Of a stretch of DNA of 64,000 bases, positions 39,242 through 51,870 are shown piece by piece (the first letter of the stretch is position 1; the number at the start of each line of letters is the position of its first letter). The stretch lies in assembly GCA_013265495.1 (NCBI GenBank), contig MU057880.1, positions 124,001 to 188,000 on the forward strand. Direction: 5' to 3'. The notes under the pieces are model-generated. The model did no database searches and was not told the origin of the DNA. It saw only the letters and a list, made by a program, of their open reading frames with translations. Position numbers and translations under genes: made by a program. This DNA comes from Vicugna vicugna (Eukaryota).

Positions 39242-40247
39242 AGTAAGATGGAACTGAGGTAGAGCAGTAGTTACTTGTGGTCATGAGCTCTGGAACATTC
39301 TAGGGAGCTTCTTATAGACACTGGTGCCTGGTTTTTAAAACGCTTCCCAGGTGATTGGACCCAATTGACCACTCCCTAAATCCTCTCAAAAACTGCCAGA
39401 GCATCGGGCAGGAGGCCAGCCCAACCAGCGGCCACAGCTCCCAGCAGGTGAGCGGAAGAGCCCATCTGGTGGAAGCAGCTGCGGGAAGGGGACGTGGAGG
39501 GAAGACACAGGGAACCCTGAGGATCTTAAAGGCCTACAGACTTCATTTCATATATTCCTAAAAAATGCCGCCCAAAAGCAAAGCGTCGACCCTGTGCGGA
39601 GTAACTAGCAAACTTCCCGGAGCACGGGCATGAAAGGCTGCCTGTGCTCCGTCAGGGTCTTTAGAAAGACCCGAAGGTGCTGTGGCCCCTGAGACCTCAG
39701 GGCCGGCCCGCCTCATCTTCCTTGGAGAAGGATGGAGACCCACCCTGCGGGGAACACTTGCGGGGAGTGGAATCCAACTGGGGCAGGTGGGGAACGTGGA
39801 CGGGGAGGGGTCCTGAGAATACAGGAAGACCCATCACTAAAGATGAAAAGATGCACGGATTGCCCTCCAAACCCATGAAATTATGTCCCAAGAACAAGAG
39901 GGGAAAGTCCTGGTTAAATTACTAACAGTTATTGAAAGAACCGCAGTAAATACGGCTGCAGTGGAGAAGGGAAATGTAACCTCATCCTAAATACGAGATC
40001 AAATAAGAAAGGAGTAGAAGTTATTAAATTAAAGCATGAATCAAAAATAGGGGGAAAAAAGGTAGGAGGTGAAATAAAGGAGAAAAGAGAGTTGACAGGG
40101 CTCAGAAAATATTTAGGGGGAAAAAAGAACATGATAAGTCATTTCCTAAACACTTTTTAAGGTTAAAAAAGGAAGGGGGAAAAAAAGACTGGCTGGAACC
40201 GAATGATTTGAAAGGTTGTTCCTCTGCTGTTAAAAATAAACCAGATA

Positions 40248-40534
40248 TCCCAGTCTGTCCCTTCCCACTTTCAAAATTTGTAGATACTGACGGGTATATG
40301 CAGAATCGATAAACAAGATTATACTGTGTAGCACAGGAAAATATATACAAGATCTTGTGGTAGCTCACAGCGAAAAAAATAATGTGACAATGAATATATG
40401 TATGTTCATGTATGACTGAAAAAATGTGCTCTACACTGGAATAACGCAACATTTAAAATGACTATAACTCAATAAAAAAAAAAGTTTAAATAAATAAATA
40501 ATAAATTAACTAAATAAATATAAAAAATTAAAAT
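40248..40534 (+). mobile_element. Young L1 3' end with short 5' inversion
   Basis: Perfect 15-bp TSD aaaataaaccagata (40233-40247 / 40535-40549). First ~25 nt are inverted L1-like sequence; long A-rich tail. Confidence 0.88.
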
Positions 40535-41117
40535 AAAATAAACCAGATAGTAAATAGCGTGGATTAGTAATGAGACGAGGAATGGAATTTCTCAGTTTTC
40601 AACTAGTTTATATAAAAAGTGCTCTTTTGCCCCAATTGGAATCTGTAAAATTACTATATCGTGTGGCGCCGGACACACCTCAGGGCAACAATAGAATCAA
40701 ACGACCATGAGTACAGCTTTCTAGTAGGTACGGGACTCTTATTACCCAGCTGAGCTCAATGCTTTACACACACGATCTCACCAATTCCCCTCAGAAACCC
40801 ATGAAACCCACTATTTACAGTCATTGCGAAGAAGGCGAATCTCCCTAAAGAAAGTGACGTTTGCATGCACTGATGCTGTTTTTTGGGCTTTATATCACTC
40901 TCAAATCTCTGGATAGATTATTATGACACTGAGAGGGGCCGTGGGCTATGTCGGGCACACACATTTTATTCGGCAAGGTCCTTCAAGCAGCAGACAATAA
41001 GGAAAACAGTCAGACCTGAAAGTCTGCTGGCAGGAGAGATGGGCTATTTGTATGAAGAGAGTGACACGGGGAAAATAAATGGGGATTTCAGATCTGAGTC
41101 CTAAATCAAAAGCTCAC

Positions 41118-41281
41118 AAGGACACATCCTCTAAGGCGATCACTTGCAATTGAGCTGCTTCTCAGAGGGAGGCCCCGTGTAGAGTTCCGCAGGGTAAGTC
41201 GCCACTGAGAGTTATCTGTCCGCCGACGGCTAATGAATGTCTGATGGAAGGCCAGTTAGACCAGCGAGCCAATAAATAATC
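41118..41281 (-). pseudogene. Probable exon relic; one frame ends ...GASL*EAAQLQVIALEDV
   Basis: Acceptor cacttctcctgcAG; donor gtgagc at 41112-41117 (alternative GT at 41142-41143). EAAQxQV resembles the RGS-domain terminal helix. Confidence 0.45.
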
Positions 41282-41334
41282 CTGCAGGAGAAGTGGTAAC
41301 ATGAAGCTAGCAGTTGGTGATTGAGGTGTTCCAA

Positions 41335-41496
41335 CAGCTGCTGCTCTAAACGTGGTCCCTGAGGGCCAGCACGTGGCATCAGCCAGGAGCTTGCTAGAAA
41401 TGCAGAGTTCCAGGCCCTTCTCCACTCTGCTGAAGCTGACTCTGCATCGTAGCAAAATCCTCAGTGTCAGATGTATGTGATGTTTGAGAAGCACCG
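41335..41496. mobile_element. MER5A-like hAT DNA transposon
   Basis: gtggtccc...gcatcagccaggagcttgctagaaatgcagagttccaggccc...ctctgcat...tttgagaagcac, matches MER5A consensus from memory. Confidence 0.85.
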
Positions 41497-41666
41497 TTCA
41501 AAAAGGCATAGGTGATTATGTTCTGTAACGGAGTGAAAATTTCACAATAATCAAAATATTGAATTTTTATAATTTACTCATCCATTCAGTAATTATCCCT
41601 TCAAGAGCTTTCTCTGTGCATTGAACTGTATGAGACGTTGGCAATAAAGTCCTGACAGATAAGGTG

Positions 41667-41703
<37 letters not shown>

Positions 41704-42031
41704 ATCTCTCTGAATCATTGTGATGGACACCTGAAATTAACACGATATTGTAAATCAACACTTCAACTAAAACAAAATTAAAGAGAGGTGATTTTGGTAC
41801 TTAGAGAGTTGGGAATCTAGGAGGTAATTAAGATATTAAGGAAAATAGTTAAAAGGGTAATTCATGCTATGAAAGGAGGAATACAAGAGTATATAAAAGC
41901 AGGACCTACTTAAACTCGGTTTTTCTCACCCAAATTTGGGAAGACGTTTGTGGCTTATGCGCTGTTTCTCGGAGGCATCTGGGGCAGTCTGTCTGAAATA
42001 AACGTTGCTTGATTTAGCTGTTAAGTTTCAC

Positions 42032-42322
42032 CTCTTTCAACCCCTATCACTTGACACCAGCAAGACGCAACGGGGCGAGAGCTTGGCTGGACACATTGCA
42101 GGCAATGTGTTTGAGTGAGTGAGCTTTTCATCCCGGGAAGAATGCCTACAATGACAATACAGGAACTAAAGGATCCGCCACCTCCGGTGATACAGAATGA
42201 AGAGGAAAGTGCCTTCAGGTAGCTGTTACACATAGGTGGCACCATGGCCCTCAACAGCACTTTTGTACTAAAATTTCCTTTGGCAGAAGTATTTGCTGGT
42301 GGCACTTTGAGTGGCATCCCAC
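42032..42322 (-). pseudogene. Exon relic, 291 nt, symmetric, one frame fully open (listed ORF 42021-42317)
   Basis: Acceptor cctattccattAG, donor GAG|gtgaaa. Length is a multiple of 3. Confidence 0.55.
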
Positions 42323-43171
42323 CTAATGGAATAGGCTGTGTGCTTTAGGGCTCTCTCTGCAGATGTAGGATTCTAGGAGGCCAAGAAGTGGCGTGGAATT
42401 GATAAAAAAAAAAAAAAACCTGCATTCACTTGTATGGCGTGTAAGCTTGAAAAAATGACCCAAACCTTCTAGAGAGGAGTCAGTGAATGAGTGGTAACAT
42501 CAAATAACCGTTTTCATGAATTGCTTCCCTCACACTGTTCAACATGACGTCGAAGGACTTGAAAGACAGTTAGATTTGAGTTTAAAGCTCCAGGCCATTT
42601 TTGCCAGCTTTGTGATGCTGAGAACATTACCTATCATCTCTGAGCATCATTTGTTCATCATATCTATAGAATGTCAATAATCCCTTTCTCCCAACATAGT
42701 AGAAGAAACGAAGTAGGAGTAGAGCTCCCTTTAAGTGCTGAGTACAAAGCTACAAAATTAAGGTGTCTTTCTACTGCATGTAGCCTGACCTCCTGAGCCT
42801 GCCGTTTCCAACCCCTCTAAAGTCACTACCTGGCTTTTCAGATAATTTCCTCAGCTTTGCAGCAGTTCATTTCACTTTAAGTTCCAAGTTCAATTCATGT
42901 GTCAGGTATTTTGCTAAGTACAAGGAGTACAGTGATCAATATTCAAATGACATGGTTTCTATTCTTGGACAGTTTATAGTTTAGCGATGAAGCCAGAAAT
43001 GCAAACAGATAATAAACTATAGGATGTGCAGTGATAAAAGCATAATCAGATTTCCAGGAAAACCCAGGGAAAAGGTTAAGGAAAGTCTTCTGCAGAAGCT
43101 GATGCTTGTACCAATCGCTAAGGATAAAAGAAAATTAACCTAGTTAAAGCATTCTTGGGGGGAGGTATTTT

Positions 43172-43693
43172 TATAATAGGGAAGGACAAATCTGATTTCA
43201 TATTAGACCTGTTCCTTTGGCTCTAACCCTGAGCTCTGTTTCCTGGGCTCAGTTATGCTGGTTCTGCACCTTTTGTAAAAGGATGTTGCCTAGAGTCTGA
43301 AATAGACAGGACGGCCCATTCTCAAGGCTCTGACCTCTAAGGGTTAACCCTTTCCCATTCATATAAAGATAAAAAGTTGCAGAAAAGAGATGAATATTTG
43401 TCTTGTTGGAGGTTTACAGAAACACCATGGCCTGATCTACATGGACAGCTGCAAGAACAAAGGATTCCAACATTAAGAAGTTTGCAACAAGCAACTACAT
43501 CCCCTCCCCTTTTAGCATAAAAAGAGCCTGGATTCTGACTTGGGGAAGATGGTTCTCCAGGACATTAGTCCCGCATCTTCTCTGTCTGCTGGCTTTCCGA
43601 ATAAAGTCATTTTTCCTTGCCCTAACAAACACTTTGTCCCCCAATTTATTGGCCTGACATGGGGCGAGCAGAAGGACTTTGGATTCGGTAATA
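43172..43693 (+). mobile_element. ERV1-type solo LTR, same subfamily as 13787-14306
   Basis: Colinear, highly similar sequence (attagacctgttcctttggctctaacc...gcaagaacaaaggattccaacattaagaa...); termini decayed. Confidence 0.92.
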
Positions 43694-44387
43694 TTATTAT
43701 ATAGAGGAAGAACACTGGCAAAGACAGTGTGATGCAAAATAGCATAATGCTCGCAGCCAAATGCCACAGTAGTACTGGACCACACACACCTTGTGGGGAG
43801 AGATTAAAGATGAAGGCACAGAGATGGGCAAGGACGAGATTGGATAACATGTTAAGAAACATAGCTATGAAAGGAAACCACAGAATGATTTCTGAAAAGG
43901 TAACAAAGCCAGATTTGCATTTTGCGTCTCTCTCCGTAACACCTGGGTACAGCCATCCTCAATTCCAGCATTATAGCTCCCAGAAGTGTCTCCAAAGTGT
44001 GGAGGCATGTTGAAAGTTATCTATTATCAGTAAAGTAGGAAAGTTTGTGAAACATTCTCTTTAAAAAATTATAAAAGAACAGGTTAACCATCTTCTCAAT
44101 TATTTATCAGTAAGTTACTTCTTTTCTGGCAGATTTCTCCAATTCCAAACTGGAAGTCATTGCTAATATTCATCATTACGCTTCACTTATTTTTTGATAT
44201 GCTTCTCCAACAGGGCAAGAGACAGGCAGACTCATAGCTAAGGTGAAATTTGCATAATGCTGGGTAAATCTCTGAGAACACGTCCTAACATTGCTGGTCT
44301 TCATGTGTCACGGCAGGAAAGAAAATGCAGAGCCATTGGTAATTGTTATGGAGAATGAATTGGCAGGGCCAAATTAAGAGACAGAAC

Positions 44388-44692
44388 TTTTTTTTTAATT
44401 GAAGTATAGTCGATTTACAATGTTGTGTTAGTCTCTGGTGTACAGTGTAGTGATTCAGTTACACATATATAGATGCATTATTTTTCATTATAGGCCATCA
44501 CAAGATATTGACTATAGTTCCCTGTGCTATACAGTAGGACCTTGTTGTTTATCTGTTTTAGATACAGTAGTGTATAGCTGCAAATCCCAAATTCCTAGTT
44601 TATCTCTCCCCACCCCCTTCCCCCCACCAGTAACCACACGCTTGTTTTTTATGTCTGTGAGTCTGTCCCTGCTTTGTAAATGAATTCATGTG
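44388..44692 (-). mobile_element. L1 3' end fragment
   Basis: ttttttaattgaagtatagtcgatttacaatg... TSD agagacagaa / agagatagaa. Confidence 0.9.
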
Positions 44693-45369
44693 AGAGATAG
44701 AAATTATGAGAAACTGTTATAAACCTCCCACTGTTCTTTGGGTGCCCATTCCAATCTTTGTTTACCTGGTTTATCTCCTCTGTACACACAATTTGAAGGC
44801 TCTTCCCTTATTCCCACCACTCCAAGGCCTATCGATGTTTAAGGCTCAGACAACAAACCACCTTCCATTATTCCAAACACACCAATATTTTCTTCCATGT
44901 AAGACAAGCTACAGAATCAAGCTTATTGTCATCACCCAGCACATTTGCTCTCAGTTTGCTCCAGGTGCCTTAATCTTGTCTCCTCAGCTAGCTTTTCAAG
45001 CTGCGTGATGGTGGAAATAATATTTTTCCTTCTCTCTCAAATTTTCAAAGGGCAGTCGTTGTCCAGAATCAATGGAAATTCCATTTGACCCTTTCACCTT
45101 CCTCATAAAATGGTCTTCTCAGTTTTGCTATATGTCAGAAAACCAGAAAGAATGGATAAGAAATATTGCGTCCAGATAAGACGCTCCGCAGCACAAGAAT
45201 CTGTCAATCAGCGACTCCCCAGAGGAGAACACGGTGTCTGTAGGGGATCTACTTTGCTGTTTTTGTTAGAATTCATCTGAAGGTGGGGGGGACAATGCTT
45301 ATTTAGTTTGTCTGGGGTATGGCCTGTTCGTTTTGGCAACCAGGATTTATCTCTACCACCGTCTAGGTT

Positions 45370-45850
45370 CTTCCTTGTATGTCAGGGGCTAGAAGCCCAA
45401 GAAATATCTTTCCCAGACTTCCTTGTGTCCAGAGCCTCAATGTGATCAACATTCAGCCAGCGAGGTAACTTTATGTGAGATTTGGATGCAGAAGAGACAC
45501 GGACTCCATTGCCTTCCTCTTCCAGAAGCAGTGGTGAATGGATGCATGGACTTCAGCAAATGTGAGGTTTTACAGTGACCTCCAGGTGTCGCCTCCTTTA
45601 AGTTCCCACCTGACAGTTCCCACCAGGCTGTGAATGGGTTAAACTATAAGTGTATGAGAGTTTCCAGATGATTCTGGAAGAGAAGACAGCATCAACTTCC
45701 TGATTTTTCTGGGCCAGATGTGAAAGCTCTTGCCACCTTCACTGATACTTACTACTCTGGCCTTTCCAGTGCTTTCATAAGGCCTTCATTCACTCTATCA
45801 AATCCCTTTCTGCTTGAAATACCTAAAGTGGCTAATCCTCACTGATTCAT
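45370..45850 (+). mobile_element. Old ERVL-type LTR (LTR33-like)
   Basis: tttcccagacttccttg...aaatccctttctgcttgaaatacctaaagtgg, typical of this LTR class; boundaries approximate. Confidence 0.5.
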
Positions 45851-48800
45851 AGTCATTCTATTAACATAAAATTCTCACCTTGATAAAAATCATATTTACA
45901 AAGGAACCATGAGGGATGGATTTGTGAATTTCACCAAGCAACTTTGTGAGATCCTTTAATTTCATAACATTCTTGTATTATTTCTTTGTATAATCCCCTT
46001 CCTTGAATAATTAACAGTGGAATCCCTAAAATGGAGGGAACTTATGTCTTTAGAGGAGGGGGACTGAAATAAGGACCTAAAAGATTGTCTTCCACACTGA
46101 GAGTAGCCTTGGGAGAAACAGGAAATAAGGTGTCGAAAAACTAGTGACATCACCACAGAAAATGGAGCAGATGGGCATCTGGGACCTAAGCAAGGAAGAA
46201 ACGGACATCGTGGGCAGCTTGTTGTGCCTAAGAAGGTATCTCAGTGATTAGCAATCAGCACACATCTAGACATGGAACCAGGCTTCTTACGTGAAGGCAT
46301 CCAACCAGAGCATGGATATCGCCACCATCTCAAAGTGTTCTCCACAAACTTCATTTCTTCACAGGGACGCTTTCCTAAGGACTCTGATTTTTCGCTGTTC
46401 TCCACTCATTCTCTTATCCAGCAATTTTAAGTTGATGACCTGCCATATGCAAGGTCCGTCGTAAACCCTGGGGAACACTCTGGTGCGTAGTCCTGATCAC
46501 ATCATTGCCCTCATAAAGCCTGTAGTGCGGCGCAGAAAATAGACATACCACAGGTAAACCACAGAAATAATTTCACAATTTAAAAGGAAACAAAGGAGAT
46601 GATAGATTGGTAGTAATGTGGGTGTCAGGGGAGGTTCTTTTAAGCGTGGAGGTCTGGGAAAGCCTCTCTGAGAAGGTGATATTGGAACTATTATCTGAAA
46701 GGTAAAGAACCAGATGTACAAGAATGGAGGAAAGAATGTTCCATTTTTCTCCTCTAGACAAAGAGAGTAAATAATACCAAGTGAAAGACCCTTGAAAGAA
46801 CCCAAACTTTATATTTTAAAAAAGGAGGAGTCAGATACTAAGAAGAGTGTCGCAAGAAGCCAGATAGGTGTGGTTAGCAGGGTCCTTATCATTGAAGATT
46901 GAGATGCTCGTTGTGCATGAGAGACTTGTGTTCATTCTCTTGCTCATGTGCACATGCATACCACCACACGCACACACACACGCACCCCACGTCATGTTCC
47001 AAAGCCAGCTGTGCTTTTATCTCTGCAAAAAGAGCAAGTAAACCCCAAATATAAGGTGTTCTAACATGACTTCTGGTGAAAAACTCACCTTTCTGCTAGG
47101 CAGCCAAAAATAGCCTAAGCCAAGAGAAAACTGGAGAAGTGTATGCTGTTCAACATGAATGCAGCTGAAAATTTCCAACCTGAGCAGTAGAAAAGGAGTA
47201 AATTTGTGAATTCCAATATTTAATGCAGGCTTGGCAAGATCTTACCCTTTTTTACAGGGACACATCAGCAAGACCTCATTTCTGAATAATCATCTCCGGC
47301 GTATCCTTTGTGTATCAGCAGTCTTCAGAAGAAGGACTTTTTGTAACATCACTGTTATATTTTGTGACAAGAAAAAGAGTCATACGGCCTAAATGCATCT
47401 GACTAAGTAATGCATGAGTTTTTATGACAGGCAATGAGAAGTCACAGCGGTGTTTTAAGGAAAGAACTAACATGATCTGATTCACATTAAAAAAAAAATA
47501 AAAAATCACCGTAGTGGGTGAAAAACACTAGAAGGATGGAATCTAGTTTGAGCATTTTCCAATAGTCTAAGCAATGAATAAAGGTGCCCTGGACTAAGAT
47601 GATGACAGTTGAATTGCTGAGTAATTTATGTTTTAAGTAGAAATAACATACTTTATTGTTTGGATGTAAAAAACAAGAAAAAGGGCTAACCAAGCATGAC
47701 TACCAGATTTTAGTATTTTCCAAGAGATAGAATGATTACACCATTTGCCACGATGGGGAAGACTGGGGAAGGGCAGTGAAGACAGAATAAGAGGTCTTTT
47801 TTGAGATATGCTCTGTATAACATGTACATTAGCAGTACTGTACTGGCAAATGTTTGACAACATTTGTTAAACTCTCCAGGAAAAAAAAAAACTAAGCAAA
47901 TATATCTCAAACACAAGTTTATTATAAATTTTATCCCCACCCAAAAATGACAGCACACACATTTGTAAATTTGTAAATTTTATTTGTAAAATTTTATTTA
48001 CAAATAAAAAGTATAAAATACCATTTACTGTAAAGACCATACAGTGTCGTATGATTTTTATTTAAGAATAAATTACTCAGCTTTTCCAAGGAAGCCACAG
48101 AAAAGGTGAAAAATTTGGTATAAACCAAGTCTGGAATTTTGACAGTTGAGGAAATAGAGGAAGAAAGAGGCAGAGAAGTTGCAACTGTTGCAGAAAACTG
48201 AACTGTGGACTTTCTGATGGATGTGAAGGAAGCAACAGTAAGAGGAGGACAGAAGATAAAAATGGATGCGAGGTTTCGACTGCATCCAAACAGTTTTGGA
48301 ATTGGAAAGTACCAGAACACGTGAAGTGGAAGAATAGGGGTTGCTGTAAAATGCGACCGAGGTAGGTGGAGAACAGATCTTTGGAAATGAGAAGATTAAT
48401 GACATGGAAGGCCAGCATGTGGTTGGATCATCCATGTGAATGTGGAATTGACCATGAAGAGTGAGTGTGGTGAGACTAGAGAGAAAGACTGCAGGAGCTG
48501 GGAGCTAGATTTTTCAGTGAATGAGATGGGGTCGGGAGTTTGGTGGAAGTTGTGGGCAGTGAGGACTGCAAATTTCAAAGAAACAGAGATTTTGCAACGA
48601 GGAAGGAGGAAAATGAGATGCATATAACGCTTGACAAGCAGGGTGCCATCTACTCCATCTCCCGGCCCCGGGAGTCATCGGAGGTGAGAGGCAGGTAGGT
48701 AGGTGAGCAGACAGATGGTACACAAATGTGTCCCTTTGGTTGGCAACTTGGTATTGTGGCTACAACAGGTTGAGTACTTCCAGTGACAGTGATGTCTAAC

Positions 48801-50258
48801 CCTGGTGGGTTACAACCCGTCACTGGACGTGCTGAGAAAATTTATAAACCGCTAAAGACACTTACAAGCCTACAGAAAACCTTCTAAACTATAAAACTGA
48901 GAAGAATGGTGTTTGGTTTTTCAAAAGCAAAATTCTCCTATAAAAGGATTATTTAAAACTGCTCTGACACAAAGGATAACAGAAACTGAATTACAAGTGT
49001 CATGTGTAGTTTATAAAATCAACCTGAGGCACTGTTATCATAAAAGGTCAGGAACCAATGGAATAAAATACCAAAGAGGGTGAAATAAGCTTATAATGTG
49101 AAAGCGTTTGAAAAGGGAAACGTTTATATACACACGCAAGGGCAGAGGACTATTATGAAATGCAAATTGAGTACGAAATAAGGGATTAGCTTTCTGGCAC
49201 TTTCCTCTGGAGGTGTACTGTTCATTGCTCAGCTCTGCCTTGTCTCAGCTCAGGCTAGAACGCCAATCTGTCAAGTATTTAGGGTCCCCAGCACAGCGGG
49301 GTGCACACGTATTTGCAAGAACAGCTTCTGCCCTGATGAGGTGGACTAAACCTGTATAAAAATTATTAGAGGGGAAAAAAAAAGTATGCACCCAACTACT
49401 GAAAGTTGCGGGAAGACCACAAGCATAACAAGGTTTCAGAAAAAGTAACCACAATTAGAGGTCAGAGTGAAATTAATTAGATCATCCTTACACTAAACTT
49501 GTTCCTCAGTGGAATCATTTATTTAAGTGACGCGTCCATAAGAGCTCTTTAACACATGAAAAAGAAATTAAATAAAGAGAACTAGAAAAATACAAATGAA
49601 AGCACAGTTTATCACTCTTGTGACAAAAAGGTCACTTGGAATGAAGAGTTTCTGCCCATGTGTTCTCAGTACATCCAGTGGTGAGTTGTAACCCACTAGG
49701 TGTAGACATAACCACCACTGGAAATCCTCAGCCTACTGTACCAATAACACAGAGTTGCCTTGTGAAGAAACACATCTGTCTGTCATTTTATTTTTTCAAA
49801 AGAAGTTCCAGCTATCAAAACAAAAATGCCATTGATTTTCACCTTTTTAACTCTCATGCCCGTAATTGAGAAACCCTCCACAATCAGCCACTAACCCACT
49901 CAAAAAAGGGTTTACTGAGAACCTATTTCCTACCCAGATGAGGATGGAGTGTTCTTGCTGGCATTCATTCAGCTTAAAATACAGCCTCTGCCTTTAAGGA
50001 ACGTAACGTCGACCTGGGAAACCATGATTTAAACAGGTGAAATGTACAAGACAGTCGAGAAGCGGGTTTTTCTCTTTTTTTTCAAATCAGTTGCCCAATA
50101 AACTCGTGGAGCAGCGTTCAGATTGTTAAGAACTAAAAGGCAGCAGGAGGAGGACCTGTCAACCTGCAGGACCTGAGGAAGTCTTCAGAGAAGAAGTGGA
50201 GATGAGGCTGACTTGATGTGAAGAAGCAGGGAGACAAGAAAACAAACAAACAAACAAA

Positions 50259-50284
50259 ACACACACACACACACACACACACAC
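50259..50284. repeat. (CA)n microsatellite
   Basis: Perfect CA run following (AAAC)n. Confidence 0.95.
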
Positions 50285-51399
50285 GACACAGAAGTGAGCA
50301 AGGAAGCGCACAGCTTCTCTGCGAAGATGGTGTCCTGCAGGGAGAGATGACAGGGAACACGTGTGCCTCCCCTAATTCCACAAGATAAAAACGATGTGCA
50401 TTGTAGATCTTGATTGAATGGCAAGTGATGTGAAACATAATTTTTTTTTCACTGAACACAAGGATATTGTGTGGACATTTTTTTAAATAACGTGAAAGCT
50501 TGTTCTTTGAAATCATCTCCAAACAAGAAGTAATGACCAAAAACTATAAAGGCAGTGTGTCAGAAAAGTCTGCAAATTATTTACCAGGAAAGATAGAATT
50601 GGGTCTGGCTGTGCTCAAAGTATATTGTTGAAATGAAGGAAATGCAGTGATGGACAAGGAAAGGAGGAAAAAAACTGAGTAAGTAGATCACTGAAGTCAA
50701 ATATAGGACTTTTACCTCCTGGCCCACTGCTACCTACTCCCTGAATCACATTCGATTTAACGCGGTAGAAATATGGGAAAATCTGAAGTCCCCAGACAGA
50801 AAATATAACACAAAGGTTAATCTTCCACGAACCTATGGGATGGACTGTAACTGGGAGTGGAGGTCGGGAACGTTACAACCTAGACGCTCACTGTCATCAT
50901 CCAAACTTCCCCGTGAAGATGTGGCTTGAAATTGGGCGTGTGTGTTAGTGACAACGACAACACAGTCTGAAGGAAATGGGGGTAGGACCCCTATGCGATC
51001 CATATGAAGACTAATTATAATGTAGTTTTAAATTCAATAGGCAGCTCTCAATCTTATTAGTGGAAAAGGCTCCAGGTCGTAGGAGAAAATACAGCTAATG
51101 GAATGTCACCTTTGTACCTTCTGGGCCCGGGAATCCCCAGCAGGAAACGTGTGGACCTAAGACAAACGCTGTGACCCTTCCGCTAGAGCGCATGTGGACC
51201 CCCGTGTCCACAGGGGAAGCCGGCGACAGGCACTGCGGGGGGGGGGGTCCCAGGAAGGGGATCTCTGCTCACACAGGCCCCAGCTCAGTGGGAGAAGGAA
51301 GGAGAGACGGGCGGGCTCACTGGTCGCCCTGGCTGCTGAATGAAACATACTCCCTGGGGAAGCAGAGAAGTAACCGTGGCCGAAGGGTTAACACACAGA

Positions 51400-51870
51400 G
51401 AGCAGGACAGGAGACTGTCACACTGCATAACGCTATTAATTTTCAAAGTGGGAGCTTAATCGGCTGCCGCTTACCACCCGTGGCCGATGTTAGTGTTTCC
51501 ATAAAGGAGAGAAAAGGCAGTCCGGGCCGTGTGATCTTAAAGACTGCGGCCGCCTCCAGCTGGGCCCCTGGAAGAGGGTGTTGACAATTTTATTAGAAAC
51601 CTCTCCTGGAGGGGTTTCTCAGTTTCATCTGTAATTTGTCACCTCCTCGCACTAGTGTGACTCATAATTTGCTGAAATCACTTTTGCCGTATTTTAAAGA
51701 CAGAGAAACCCCAAGTGGCTTTTTTCCGAGCGGCTGAGACTCACACGCTTGCTTCGTGTCTTGGCATTATGCTGACATAAAAGCCATGGTGGGGAGCCGG
51801 GGAGGCAGCCTGAGAGCGGTTTCAGCAGCATTTCATCAATTTACAGGAGTCTGAGCCTTCCACGGTGTAA
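51400..51870. promoter_or_regulatory. Candidate conserved enhancer-like element
   Basis: Repeat-free, locally CpG-retaining; TGACTCA, TGCTGACATAAA, TTTTATTA, CATCAATTTAC, TGACA and TAAT motifs. Confidence 0.4.
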
